DNA from: Sulfurospirillum sp.
GTDB taxonomy: Bacteria > Campylobacterota > Campylobacteria > Campylobacterales > Sulfurospirillaceae
Length of the DNA: 64,000 nucleotides
Assembly (NCBI GenBank): GCA_045047115.1
Contig: JASFYR010000019.1
Location: forward strand, 17,578 to 81,577
Direction: 5' to 3'
Shown here: piece after piece, positions 41,003 through 50,369 of the stretch
How the letters are laid out: the number at the start of each line of letters is the position of its first letter
Position numbering within the stretch: position 1 is the first letter of the stretch
Program-made: the position numbers and the translations under genes
The notes under the pieces: generated by a model
The model's input: only the letters and a program-made list of their open reading frames with translations
The model's database searches: none
What the model was told of the DNA's origin: nothing

Positions 41003-42194
41003 TTATGAATCTAAGAGCATTTAGTTTGATGAAACCTTCCGCATCTTTTTGGTTATAAACCTCATCCTCTTCAAATGTACAAAACTCTGCATTGAAAAGA
41101 TTATTTTTTGCAGAATCTCTTCCTACTACCATTACATTGCCTTTATATAACTCAAGTCTGACAGTGCCATTTACATTTTCCTGGGATTTGTCTATGGCGG
41201 CTTGCATCATTTCACGCTCGGGTGAAAACCAAAAGCCATTGTATATGGTTTTTGCATATCTTGGCATAAGCTCGTCTTTAAAATGTGCAGCTTCTCTATC
41301 AAGCGATATGCTCTCTATAGCTCTGTGGGCCTTTAGCATTATGGTTCCGCCGGGAGTTTCATAGCAACCACGACTTTTCATACCTACAAAACGATTTTCA
41401 ACTATATCGATTCTTCCTATGCCGTTTCTGCCACCTATTTCATTTAGGGATTCCAGCATCTTGGCAGGGCTCAATCTTACACCATTTAGTGCAACAGGAT
41501 CACCTTTTTCATACTCTATCTCTATGGTTTCTGTGTAATCGGGTGCTTCTTGCGGGCTTTTTGTCCATCTCCACATATCTTCTTCAGGTTTTGCATTTGG
41601 ATCTTCAAGCACCAAACCCTCATATGAGATATGAAGTAAATTTGCATCCATGGAGTATGGAGATTTATTTCCTTTTTTCTCTATATTTATATTGTGTTTT
41701 TTTGCATACGCCAAAAGTTTTTCGCGAGAGTTCAAATCCCACTCTCGCCAAGGTGCTATGATAGTCAAGTTTGAGTTGATGCCAAGATATCCAAGTTCAA
41801 ATCTAACTTGATCGTTTCCCTTGCCTGTAGCCCCATGACTTACAGAATCAGCTCCTGTGAGTGCTGCTATCTCTGCTTGCCTTTTGGCGATAAGTGGTCT
41901 TGCTATGGAAGTTCCAAGAAGATACTCTCCCTCATATATGGCATTTGCTCTAAACATAGGAAATACATAATCTCTAACAAATTCCTCTTTGAGGTCTTCT
42001 ATGAAGATATTTTCAGGTTTTATACCCATCTCTATAGCTTTTTTGCGGGCAGGTTCCAGCTCTTCACCCTGTCCCACATCGGCAGTAAATGTCACTACTT
42101 CGCAGTTAAACTCATCTTGAAGCCACTTTAAAATTATACTCGTGTCTAGTCCACCAGAATATGCAAGGACTACTTTTTTAATATTTCGTTTGAT
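40965..42194 (-). CDS. argG: argininosuccinate synthase (start codon apparently non-canonical)
   Basis: The track ORF starts at GTG 42095, but the open frame continues upstream to the in-frame stop at 42207-42209. That upstream stretch encodes [29 protein letters not shown], the ATP-binding N-terminus. No ATG, GTG or TTG lies upstream of the motif. The best candidate is ATC at 42194, 6 nt after AAGGA; ATT at 42182 is the alternative. Confidence 0.85.
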   Translation of the reverse strand: MKRNIKKVVLAYSGGLDTSIILKWLQDEFNCEVVTFTADVGQGEELEPARKKAIEMGIKPENIFIEDLKEEFVRDYVFPMFRANAIYEGEYLLGTSIARPLIAKRQAEIAALTGADSVSHGATGKGNDQVRFELGYLGINSNLTIIAPWREWDLNSREKLLAYAKKHNINIEKKGNKSPYSMDANLLHISYEGLVLEDPNAKPEEDMWRWTKSPQEAPDYTETIEIEYEKGDPVALNGVRLSPAKMLESLNEIGGRNGIGRIDIVENRFVGMKSRGCYETPGGTIMLKAHRAIESISLDREAAHFKDELMPRYAKTIYNGFWFSPEREMMQAAIDKSQENVNGTVRLELYKGNVMVVGRDSAKNNLFNAEFCTFEEDEVYNQKDAEGFIKLNALRFIIGGKNKKFYGDA

Positions 42195-42365
42195 GATGTA
42201 TCCTTTTTAATATAAATTAAGAGGTATTTTATCAAAAAATAGTAAAAAAGTAGCTTATTTGTATAAATAACAGACCTAATAGAGTGCAAAAATCGTTCCA
42301 TACAATTTGTATTTAAAAAATCTTTTGCTACAATTTTAAAAACTGATGAATATTGAGGAGTTGCT

Positions 42366-42611
42366 TTGAGGATAGATAAATTTTTAAATTGTGTGAATAT
42401 AACCAAAAGAAGAGCCATTTCGGAAGATATGTGCAAAAGCGGTGTTGTGAGCATAAATGATGCCATAGTCAAACCTGCAAAAACGGTAAAAATCGGTGAT
42501 ATTATCACAATAAAATATCTAAAGCATAACTCAAAATATGAAGTTTTGGAGATACCTGCTACAAAAACGATTCCAAAGACAATGCAGTCAAAATATGTGA
42601 AGGAGCTATAA
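42366..42611 (+). CDS. S4-domain RNA-binding protein
   Basis: 81 aa. MRIDKFLNCVNITKRRAISEDMCKSGVVSINDAIVKPAKTVKIGDII is an S4 domain pattern. TTG start 6 nt after GAGGAG. Confidence 0.7.
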   Translation: MRIDKFLNCVNITKRRAISEDMCKSGVVSINDAIVKPAKTVKIGDIITIKYLKHNSKYEVLEIPATKTIPKTMQSKYVKEL

Positions 42612-43591
42612 TGTTTGATATAGCAAAAGAGAAATTTCAAAAGATATTTGAAGACAAAATTTCAGCTGATGAGGCAAGAGAGTATCTTGTTGAGTTGTAC
42701 AACAGAGGCGAAAGTGCAGAAGAGATAGCAGCAGCCACAGAGGTGATGAGGGAACACAGCATCAAACTCATTATCCCCGGGGTTTTAAGAGAAAAACTTA
42801 TAGATGTGGTAGGAACAGGCGGGGATAAAAGCAATAGTTTTAATATTTCAAGTACTGTCTCTTTGCTTCTTCCAAGCTTGGGTTGCTCTGTTGCAAAACA
42901 CGGTAACAGGGCTATAACGAGCAATTCCGGTAGTGCAGATATGCTTGAAGCATTAGGTGTAAATCTAGCTCTTAAACCTGACCAGCAGTCAAAAATGTTA
43001 CAAGAGTGTGGTTTTGCATTTTTATTTGCTATCAATCACCATCCTGCGATGAGATATATAATGCCAATCAGAAAGAGCTTAGCACATCGTACCATCTTTA
43101 ACATGCTGGGACCTCTTACAAATCCGGCTGGCGCCAAAAAATATCTTATAGGTGTATTTAGTGACAAATTTCTAAATAGAATCATAGTAGGACTTAGTCT
43201 CTTAGATACCAAAAATGCGATAGCAGTGAGCAGTAGAGATGGTATGGATGAGATAAGTATATCTGATATAACCTATGCAACTATGCTTAAAGACAACAGA
43301 ACGACAGATTTTATAATTGACCCGCAAGAGTATGGTCTTAAATTATCGCCCAAAGAGGGAATTTTAGGCGGGGATGCGAAGCAAAATTCAAAGATAACAT
43401 ACTCAATTCTAAAAGGAGAAGAGGGTGGGGCTAGAAAAAATATAGTTCTTTTAAACGCAGCTACCGCACTTGTAGTGGATGATAAAGCAAGAGATATAAA
43501 AGAGGGTATTGAGATGGCAAAAGAGGCGATTGATAGTGGAAAAGCTTTTGAGAAGTTGCAAGAGATTATAAAGGTTTCAAATTCACTATGA
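42611..43591 (+). CDS. trpD: anthranilate phosphoribosyltransferase (TrpD family)
   Basis: 326 aa with GTGGDKSNSFNISS and NPAG motifs. Not in a trp operon context here. Confidence 0.75.
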   Translation: MFDIAKEKFQKIFEDKISADEAREYLVELYNRGESAEEIAAATEVMREHSIKLIIPGVLREKLIDVVGTGGDKSNSFNISSTVSLLLPSLGCSVAKHGNRAITSNSGSADMLEALGVNLALKPDQQSKMLQECGFAFLFAINHHPAMRYIMPIRKSLAHRTIFNMLGPLTNPAGAKKYLIGVFSDKFLNRIIVGLSLLDTKNAIAVSSRDGMDEISISDITYATMLKDNRTTDFIIDPQEYGLKLSPKEGILGGDAKQNSKITYSILKGEEGGARKNIVLLNAATALVVDDKARDIKEGIEMAKEAIDSGKAFEKLQEIIKVSNSL

Positions 43592-44010
43592 ATGAGAAAG
43601 TTTGTACCTTAGATGAGTTGGAGAGTTTTGCAAAAGAGATTGCAGAATTGGCAAAAGATTGCGGAGTTGTCTTGCTAAGAGGTGATTTGGCGAGTGGCAA
43701 GACAACATTTGTAAAAAAATTTTCAAGTGCTTTGGGACTTAGAGAAGATGTGGTATCCCCAACATTTTCGGTTCAAAACAGATATGGAGAAAGTCTGTAT
43801 CATTACGATATTTACCAAAATGGCATAGGGGGTTTTCTCTCTTCGGGACTGCTTGAGGAATTGGATAAAGAGGGTTATCATCTGATAGAGTGGGGTGACG
43901 AAAAACTTGAAAGTGTTTTGAGAAAATATTTTATAGATTATATTGTTGTTGATATAGAAAAAAAGTCTGATGAGAGTAGAGTATATAAGGTTAAAAAATG
44001 CATAAACTAA
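43588..44010 (+). CDS. tsaE: tRNA threonylcarbamoyladenosine biosynthesis ATPase TsaE
   Basis: 140 aa. P-loop [14 protein letters not shown] motif, HLIEWG. Confidence 0.85.
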   Translation: MNEKVCTLDELESFAKEIAELAKDCGVVLLRGDLASGKTTFVKKFSSALGLREDVVSPTFSVQNRYGESLYHYDIYQNGIGGFLSSGLLEELDKEGYHLIEWGDEKLESVLRKYFIDYIVVDIEKKSDESRVYKVKKCIN

Positions 44011-44720
44011 AAGTTGATAACTTAATAAAAATAATCAAAAAGACAAATATAATAAACGGTGTTTCACTAGAGGTAAAGAGTGGAGAAATAGTGGGACTTC
44101 TTGGTCCAAATGGTGCGGGTAAAACCACAATGTTTTATATGATATGTGGAATCATTTCACCAAATAGCGGGGAGATATATCTTGATAATAAAAACATAAC
44201 AAAAATGCCCCTGCATAAAAGAGCAAAAGAGGGGGTAGGGTACCTGCCTCAAGAATCAAGCATCTTTAAAGAGCTAAGTGTCGAAGAGAATCTTCTGTTG
44301 GCGGCAGAGATTGTCTATGATAATGAGGAGGAGGCACAGCACAGGGTGGAAAAACTACTTGAGCTCTTAAATATAGAGCCAATCAGAAAAAGAAAAGGCA
44401 TAAGCCTGAGTGGTGGAGAGAGAAGAAGATGCGAGATAGCCAGATCATTGGCGAATTTTCCAAAATTCTTACTTCTCGATGAACCTTTTGCGGGAGTTGA
44501 TCCAATAGCCGTAACTGACATACAGGCTATCGTCAGAGATCTTGCAAAGCTAAATATTGGTGTGCTTATTACTGACCATAATGTAAGAGAGACTCTAGGT
44601 ATATGTGACAGGGCTTATGTTATGAAAGACGGGGCTTTGCTTGCAAGTGGAAATGCCGGGGATGTTGCAAACAATAAACTGGTGAAGACACATTATCTTG
44701 GGGTTGATTTTAAATTTTAA
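43998..44720 (+). CDS. lptB: LPS export ABC transporter ATP-binding protein LptB
   Basis: 240 aa. Walker [10 protein letters not shown] and signature LSGGERRR. Lies directly upstream of rpoN, the classic synteny. Confidence 0.85.
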   Translation: MHKLKVDNLIKIIKKTNIINGVSLEVKSGEIVGLLGPNGAGKTTMFYMICGIISPNSGEIYLDNKNITKMPLHKRAKEGVGYLPQESSIFKELSVEENLLLAAEIVYDNEEEAQHRVEKLLELLNIEPIRKRKGISLSGGERRRCEIARSLANFPKFLLLDEPFAGVDPIAVTDIQAIVRDLAKLNIGVLITDHNVRETLGICDRAYVMKDGALLASGNAGDVANNKLVKTHYLGVDFKF

Positions 44721-44735
44721 TAAGGAGAAAGATCT

Positions 44736-46016
44736 GTGAAATTAAGGACTAGAACAGAGCAAGCTACAAAGCAGAAGCTCTCTTCTACGCTTAGGAGTTG
44801 GCTGCCTATACTACAGTCCGATTTAGAGTCCTTACAAGAGGTACTAGAGCCTTTTGCCAAAGAAAATCCATTTATAGAGATAAAAGCTGGAAATGAAAAA
44901 GTAGAAAGGAGGTTTGAGAAAAAGAACTTTTTCCAGCAAATATCAAAAGATTCTGTTTCAGGTGTCATTGAGGCACTGACAATAGATAAAAAATCCCTGT
45001 ACGATGTACTTTATGAACAGATTAATTCTCCTCTTTTTCCTACTTCCAAATCACAAGAGATTGCTTATGAGATTATAGAAAATTTAGATAGCGAGGGATA
45101 TTTCTCCAAGGATGCTTTTGAGAAAATATCACAAAAATTTACCTGCAAATTTGAAGATGTTGACAAGATAAGAAAAAGGTTTTCAAATTTGATACCCAGC
45201 GGAGTCTGTGCTCTTGATTTTAAAGAGTCTTTTTTATTTCAATTGGATGATTTTGATTTGGATGATGAGTTGTATAGATTTACAGTAGAGTTGATTGAAA
45301 ATTTTGAATCTTTAGAATCTTATACTGCCGAGTCTTTGTTTGCAGATGCAATTAAAATTATCAAAAAATTTAAAAATCCTCCGGCTATCGAGTATTTTGA
45401 GGATAACAGACAAATTATACCTGATATTTTCATATTTAAAACAGGTGAAAATATAGAGGTGAAACTAAATGATGCGTATTATCCTGATATAGTTCTTGAC
45501 ACTGACGGATTGGATGATAAACACGAATTTGTATCGAGAAAAATTAAAGATGCAAAGGATCTGATTGATGCTCTCGAGATGAGAAAAGCAACACTGTATA
45601 AAATAGGGCTTTTGATAGTAGAGTATCAGTATGATTTTTTCTTTGGCAGAGCTATTGCTCCTATGAAACTCAAGGATTTGGCTACAGAATTGAAACGAAA
45701 TCCATCTACAATTTCTCGAGCAATTTCTGGTAAATATATATCTTGTAACAGGGGAGTGATTCCACTGAAGAGTTTTTTTGCAACAGCTTTGGATATGGAT
45801 GTTTCAAATAGTGCGATAAAAGAGTATATGTGCGAATTAGTAAAATACGAAGATAGAAAAAAGCCTCTTAGTGATGCTAAGATATTGAACTCTATCGAGA
45901 AAAAATTTGGCATAAAATTAGTTAGAAGAACTATAACAAAATACAGACAACAGTGCAATATAGCAGGTTCAAGTGAAAGAAAAAAACTATATATGCTTAT
46001 TGCTTCACCTTATTAG
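44736..46016 (+). CDS. rpoN: RNA polymerase sigma-54 factor RpoN
   Basis: 426 aa, GTG start. C-terminal HTH and RpoN box (STISRAISGKYISCNRGVIPLKSFF). Confidence 0.9.
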   Translation: MKLRTRTEQATKQKLSSTLRSWLPILQSDLESLQEVLEPFAKENPFIEIKAGNEKVERRFEKKNFFQQISKDSVSGVIEALTIDKKSLYDVLYEQINSPLFPTSKSQEIAYEIIENLDSEGYFSKDAFEKISQKFTCKFEDVDKIRKRFSNLIPSGVCALDFKESFLFQLDDFDLDDELYRFTVELIENFESLESYTAESLFADAIKIIKKFKNPPAIEYFEDNRQIIPDIFIFKTGENIEVKLNDAYYPDIVLDTDGLDDKHEFVSRKIKDAKDLIDALEMRKATLYKIGLLIVEYQYDFFFGRAIAPMKLKDLATELKRNPSTISRAISGKYISCNRGVIPLKSFFATALDMDVSNSAIKEYMCELVKYEDRKKPLSDAKILNSIEKKFGIKLVRRTITKYRQQCNIAGSSERKKLYMLIASPY

Positions 46017-46031
46017 GCGGAGCAATAAAAA

Positions 46032-46922
46032 CTAAGCTACAGAAACTATTTTTTTTTCATATGTATGGTGAATTTTCAGCATCTCATAGGCATATTGAAT
46101 CTCTTGAAATTTTTTATTATAATAAGATTTTAATGATAGGTTTGAGATGCCAAGTCTATCCGGATGATACTGTTTGACCAATTTTAAGTATCTTTCTCTG
46201 ATTACTCCAAAGGAATCAACTTTTTTACATCCTAGTACATTATAGTAGTCTTCGAGTAGGTTAAAAAGTGCAAAATATCTATTTTTCCTCGATTTTTTTT
46301 CATTTAGAACTAATTTGTATGTTTCTATTTCGTCAGGATTAAAGTTGAAATTCACAAAAGAACCAAGCAATTCTCTTTGTACTAATAAATTTTCCAACAA
46401 TTCAACAGTCTTATTTGAATTTGGATATATAGTCATGATTCTTGTCTTGCTTCTATAAGAAATGAGATGATTTTTAAAATAATTTTTTAGATATGTGACT
46501 AAAATAGAAAAATTTGTTTCAAAATGAAGGAGTATGACATAGTTGTCTTCTATTTTTATTTTAATATTGACATGTTGCGTGATTTGATTTGCTTTTAGAA
46601 GAGAGAGTTTTATATTTTTGTTGTACGAATTCTTAATTTTTTCTAGCTCTTTTTTATTTGTATTTGTATTTTTTCTTTTATATATCTTGCTAATTAGTTT
46701 CAGAAAGTATCTTCTTTGAACTTTTTCATCACTTTCTTTAAAAACTATAATTTTCTCTTTTTTGCCTATTTTCTTTCTAAAATGCTTTTCTATAAGATTT
46801 TGTAAAAAATAAAATGTTTTACTATCCTCTTGAATAGTTACTGCTATCATATCTCTGGAATAAGAAATTTGCATTTTATCTCCCGTAAGGTTAGTTATTA
46901 GACTAAATAAAGCAACTTCCAT
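46032..46922 (-). CDS. J-domain protein with C-terminal J domain and uncharacterised N-terminal region
   Basis: 296 aa. DYYNVLGCKK...YLKLVKQYHPDR carries the HPD motif near the C-terminus. The N-terminal 220 aa match no family I recognise. Confidence 0.65.
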   Translation of the reverse strand: MEVALFSLITNLTGDKMQISYSRDMIAVTIQEDSKTFYFLQNLIEKHFRKKIGKKEKIIVFKESDEKVQRRYFLKLISKIYKRKNTNTNKKELEKIKNSYNKNIKLSLLKANQITQHVNIKIKIEDNYVILLHFETNFSILVTYLKNYFKNHLISYRSKTRIMTIYPNSNKTVELLENLLVQRELLGSFVNFNFNPDEIETYKLVLNEKKSRKNRYFALFNLLEDYYNVLGCKKVDSFGVIRERYLKLVKQYHPDRLGISNLSLKSYYNKKFQEIQYAYEMLKIHHTYEKKIVSVA

Positions 46923-46931
46923 TCCAAAATA

Positions 46932-47663
46932 TCAGCTCCAAAACTCCTTTTCAAAGTCATTTGGATTATTTTGTAAAATTTCAAACGGTTTAAATCTGTC
47001 TTTATAGTTCAAGCTAGGGCAATCCTTGACATAGTAACCAAGGTAAATCCATCTTAAATTAAAATTTTTAGCCAATTGGATTTGCATATAGATAGAGTAC
47101 CGACCGAGAGAATATTTTGAAAAATCTGGATCATAAAAGAAGTATATCGAAGAGATTCCATCATCCATAAAATCCACCAAATCAACCGCTACAAGTCTAT
47201 CATCGATATAGTATAAAATCTCTTTACCAAATTTTTTTGCTCCGGTGATATAGAGTTCATGGTAGCTCTTGGGTTTTATTTCATAAGATTTCCAACCTTT
47301 TTTTTGCTCCATATATTTATGGTATTTTTCATAAATTTCAAGATGCTCATTGGAGATAGTAGGTTTTTGTATAGTAAATACAGTGTTTGCATTTTTTTTG
47401 ATTGTTTTTTTGGCATTTTTACTGAATGCATAGTTTTTTGCATCAATTCTAAGGCTTTTACACTCATTGCATGTAGAACATTGCGGTCTGGAGTAGTAGT
47501 TTCCAAACCTTCTCCAGCCCTTTTTGATTAGTTTATCATTTAAAATACTTGGGCAATTTTCTATATATTTGTATTGCATTCTCACAAATCTGTCTTCTAG
47601 ATAAGAGCACTCGGAGTCCAGTGTTGAAAACTCTATGATTTTAGATTGAATTCTATTTGTCAA
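46932..47663 (-). CDS. bpt: arginyl/leucyl-tRNA--protein transferase (ATE/Bpt family)
   Basis: 243 aa. N-terminal Cys cluster (CSYL..CSTCNEC) and C-terminal acyltransferase-like domain with the LGYYV motif typical of the bacterial Bpt/ATE family. Confidence 0.8.
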   Translation of the reverse strand: MTNRIQSKIIEFSTLDSECSYLEDRFVRMQYKYIENCPSILNDKLIKKGWRRFGNYYSRPQCSTCNECKSLRIDAKNYAFSKNAKKTIKKNANTVFTIQKPTISNEHLEIYEKYHKYMEQKKGWKSYEIKPKSYHELYITGAKKFGKEILYYIDDRLVAVDLVDFMDDGISSIYFFYDPDFSKYSLGRYSIYMQIQLAKNFNLRWIYLGYYVKDCPSLNYKDRFKPFEILQNNPNDFEKEFWS

Positions 47664-47892
47664 GCTTCTTTATACCACTATCTTTTATAAAATTTATAAA
47701 CTCATCTTTAAGTTTTTTCTCTTTTTCTTCTTTTATATCGCTTGCTCTTTTTTCATTTTCCATCTTTTCTTGTTCAGCCATCTCTTTTTTTAGATCTTTT
47801 AATTCATCAAATAGTATATTTTGCATCTTTACCACCATACTGTTTTTATAACTGACATAGTGCATAAGGTCAGTTATTTGTATTATATCCAA
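47653..47892 (-). CDS. hypothetical charged coiled-coil protein
   Basis: 79 aa (or 57 aa from the internal Met), K/E-rich. Overlaps the bpt start by 11 nt. No family recognised. Confidence 0.35.
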   Translation of the reverse strand: MDIIQITDLMHYVSYKNSMVVKMQNILFDELKDLKKEMAEQEKMENEKRASDIKEEKEKKLKDEFINFIKDSGIKKLDK

Positions 47893-47954
47893 AAATCAAT
47901 TGAATTTTGGATATAATTGTGTATTTAAACACCCACTTATGCAAGGAGAGGTTG

Positions 47955-48248
47955 ATGAAGATTATATTTAATGCATTTAGTTTTTTAAGAAAAAAATTAA
48001 AAGAACAAAATATTCCCTATGTTGAGGCTTCATTAGAGTTTCCAGATAATTTTACTCCTCAAAAAATAATAGAAAAATTTGGTTTTAAAGATTCAGAAGT
48101 AGAGGCTGTATTTATCAATAGAAAAGTACAACCAAAAGATACTCTCCTTCATGACGGAGATAGAATAGCCCTGTTGCCCCCAGGAACACCTGGTTCTTAT
48201 AGGTTAATTTTAGGTATAAAAAAAATAGAAGAGAAAGACAAAAAATGA
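47955..48248 (+). CDS. beta-grasp (MoaD/ThiS-like) protein without terminal Gly-Gly
   Basis: The ATG at 47955 follows GGAGAGG. About 97 aa. The DGDRIALLPPGTPG segment resembles the C-terminal strand of MoaD/ThiS-fold proteins but is followed by a roughly 22-residue tail, lysine-rich toward its end. Confidence 0.45.
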   Translation: MKIIFNAFSFLRKKLKEQNIPYVEASLEFPDNFTPQKIIEKFGFKDSEVEAVFINRKVQPKDTLLHDGDRIALLPPGTPGSYRLILGIKKIEEKDKK

Positions 48249-48270
48249 GCTAAAGAAGGAGGAGAGGGCT

Positions 48271-48513
48271 TTAGCCCCCTCCAATTTTTGGAAAAACGGC
48301 AAGTATCTGTTCATCTTGCAAAACATAATCTTCTTGCATATGTCTTCCGTTGACCATCAAAACTCCGATTGGTAGTTTTCCCAAATCAAGCCCTATATCA
48401 TTAAGCACATCTTTAATAGTGGAGTTTTTTGCATAACTCCTTTTTTCCACCTTGAATTTGCCCTCTCTGTATTGGGCGAAGAGTTTGACTGTTATATGTA
48501 TCATCTCTGGCAT
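48271..48513 (-). CDS. MoaD/ThiS family sulfur-carrier-like protein
   Basis: 80 aa ending ...AVFPKIGGG (terminal Gly-Gly-Gly). Its start overlaps the AOR stop (TAATG). Confidence 0.65.
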   Translation of the reverse strand: MPEMIHITVKLFAQYREGKFKVEKRSYAKNSTIKDVLNDIGLDLGKLPIGVLMVNGRHMQEDYVLQDEQILAVFPKIGGG

Positions 48514-50249
48514 TAAAAATTCCAGAACTCATCTATCTCTTCATTTGTAAAGTCCCAAATAGCACCTGTTGGTGGCAAAGCCTCGTATTTCATAAACTCA
48601 GGGATTCTATCATCTGCGCTTGTAAGTCCGGCTTTTAGATTAAACTCATGCTCAATTTTGAGTATATTCTTACCAAGATTTGTTACATCGTCTCCTGTAA
48701 GTTTTGCACCAAATCTAGCATTTATCATGTCTATCAAAGCAGGTAAGCATTTCGGATCATCGAGTGCAGGAAATGCAACAAATATACACATACCGGTACT
48801 ATCAACTGCAGCAGAGGCAATTTGTAGGTTACGAGAGAGCTCAACCTGACCATCTTTTTTGAGTGGATCGATATATCCACCACTGTTTAGTATGTTTGTA
48901 GCAACCGCATACCCGGCTGTGTGGTCGGCACCCATAGGAGTTGTAACATAGGTGATTCCTTGACCTTTGACAGCTCTTGGCTCATAAGCAGGGATACTTT
49001 GGTTTTTAACAACAGGGACTCTTACTAAGCCATAAAGTTTTCCAAGATTCCCGGCACCTGCTCCTATAATTCTGCCAAGTGGCGTACCGCTTGCCACATC
49101 ATTTGCAAGAATCTCGTAAGCTCTTATTCCATCACCAAATTTTATAAGTCCTGCATCAACAGCTACACCAAAGGTTACTCCGGTCTCGATAGCATCAACT
49201 CCCAAATCATCCATTAAATGATCTATTTTTGCTATTTGGTCTAAATCATCGATACCAAAGTTTGCACCAAATGCCCATATCATTTCATACTCGAAACCTG
49301 ATGTCAGATACTTTCCTTCTTTATCATTATAGACTTGAGAACACTGTATGACACATCCGGCATGACAACCGTGTGTAGTTTTACCGCCTCTTTCTTTGAT
49401 ATTTTCAGCCATTGTTTCACCACAGATGTCTTCGGCATTTTCTGAATTTCCTGATCTAAAGTTGTGTGACGGCAAAGCTCCTGCTTCATTGATGATGTTT
49501 ACAAGTACATTCGTGCCAAATGCCGGTAAACCTTCACCACTGATTGGGTTTTCTTTAAGGGCTTGTGTAAAGATTTTACTGGCTTCTTTAAATTTTTCAG
49601 GGTCAGCTATATGAGCTTCTTTATAGTTTTCGGCATCTACAGTTATGCATTTTATCTTCTTAGAGCCCATAACAGCACCTAGTCCACCACGACCATGACT
49701 CCTTAGTTTGCCTTGAGGATCTTTGACAGATATGTTCGAAATGAGCATTTTTTGCTCACCCGGCCGTCCTATGCTCATAACAGCTACTTTTTTACTGTAT
49801 TTTTCCATCATAGCATCAAGAACAGCAAAGTTGTCTTTACCTACCAACTCAGGAACAGCCTCAATCAAAACTTTCTCTTTCGTTACATGTATATGATAAA
49901 AAGTGGAGTCATCTTCAGGAATTCCCTCTATGATAAGGGCTTTTACACCAAGTTTTGCCATGATGCCGGCACTCGTGCCTCCAACATTGCTCTCTTTGAT
50001 ACCGCCGGTCAAAGGACTTTTTGCGCCAAGAGAGTTTCTCCCGCTGTTTGCAGCGCTTGTTCCGGAGAGTAATCCAGGAGCAAATACCATCTTGTTATTT
50101 GGTCCAAGAGGATGACATTCGGGATCAACTTCAGTAGCCACGACAGTAGAAGTAAGTCCTCTACCACCAAGTCCCAGCCACTCCTCTGGTACATCCTCTA
50201 TCTTATAGGTAAGATTGGACATATCCACTCTGTAAATTTTGTCTGACAT
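48513..50249 (-). CDS. aldehyde:ferredoxin oxidoreductase (tungstopterin AOR family)
   Basis: 578 aa. The N-terminal domain pattern (YRVDMSNLTYKIEDVPEEWLGLGGRGLTS) and length are typical of the AOR family. Confidence 0.85.
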   Translation of the reverse strand: MSDKIYRVDMSNLTYKIEDVPEEWLGLGGRGLTSTVVATEVDPECHPLGPNNKMVFAPGLLSGTSAANSGRNSLGAKSPLTGGIKESNVGGTSAGIMAKLGVKALIIEGIPEDDSTFYHIHVTKEKVLIEAVPELVGKDNFAVLDAMMEKYSKKVAVMSIGRPGEQKMLISNISVKDPQGKLRSHGRGGLGAVMGSKKIKCITVDAENYKEAHIADPEKFKEASKIFTQALKENPISGEGLPAFGTNVLVNIINEAGALPSHNFRSGNSENAEDICGETMAENIKERGGKTTHGCHAGCVIQCSQVYNDKEGKYLTSGFEYEMIWAFGANFGIDDLDQIAKIDHLMDDLGVDAIETGVTFGVAVDAGLIKFGDGIRAYEILANDVASGTPLGRIIGAGAGNLGKLYGLVRVPVVKNQSIPAYEPRAVKGQGITYVTTPMGADHTAGYAVATNILNSGGYIDPLKKDGQVELSRNLQIASAAVDSTGMCIFVAFPALDDPKCLPALIDMINARFGAKLTGDDVTNLGKNILKIEHEFNLKAGLTSADDRIPEFMKYEALPPTGAIWDFTNEEIDEFWNF

Positions 50250-50323
50250 ATAATCTCCTTCTATTAATTTTTATATATTATATGTTAAATCATTTAAAAG
50301 TACATAAAAGTTGCAAAAAAATT

Positions 50324-50364
50324 GTAAAATTAGAATATGCGATTTTTGCATATTCTAATTTTAC
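50324..50364 (-). terminator. rho-independent terminator of the recombinase gene
   Basis: A perfect 17-bp stem GTAAAATTAGAATATGC / GCATATTCTAATTTTAC with a 7-nt loop, 5 nt after the stop codon. On the minus strand it is followed by AATTTTTTTGC. Confidence 0.75.
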
Positions 50365-50369
50365 ACACT

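Noticed and set aside
48249-48292. Imperfect GC-rich hairpin (GGAGAGGGC-TTTA-GCCCCCTCC) between the two convergent beta-grasp genes, considered as a possible bidirectional terminator.
   Set aside because: The stem needs a bulge and partly lies inside the MoaD-like coding end. It is too weak to annotate.
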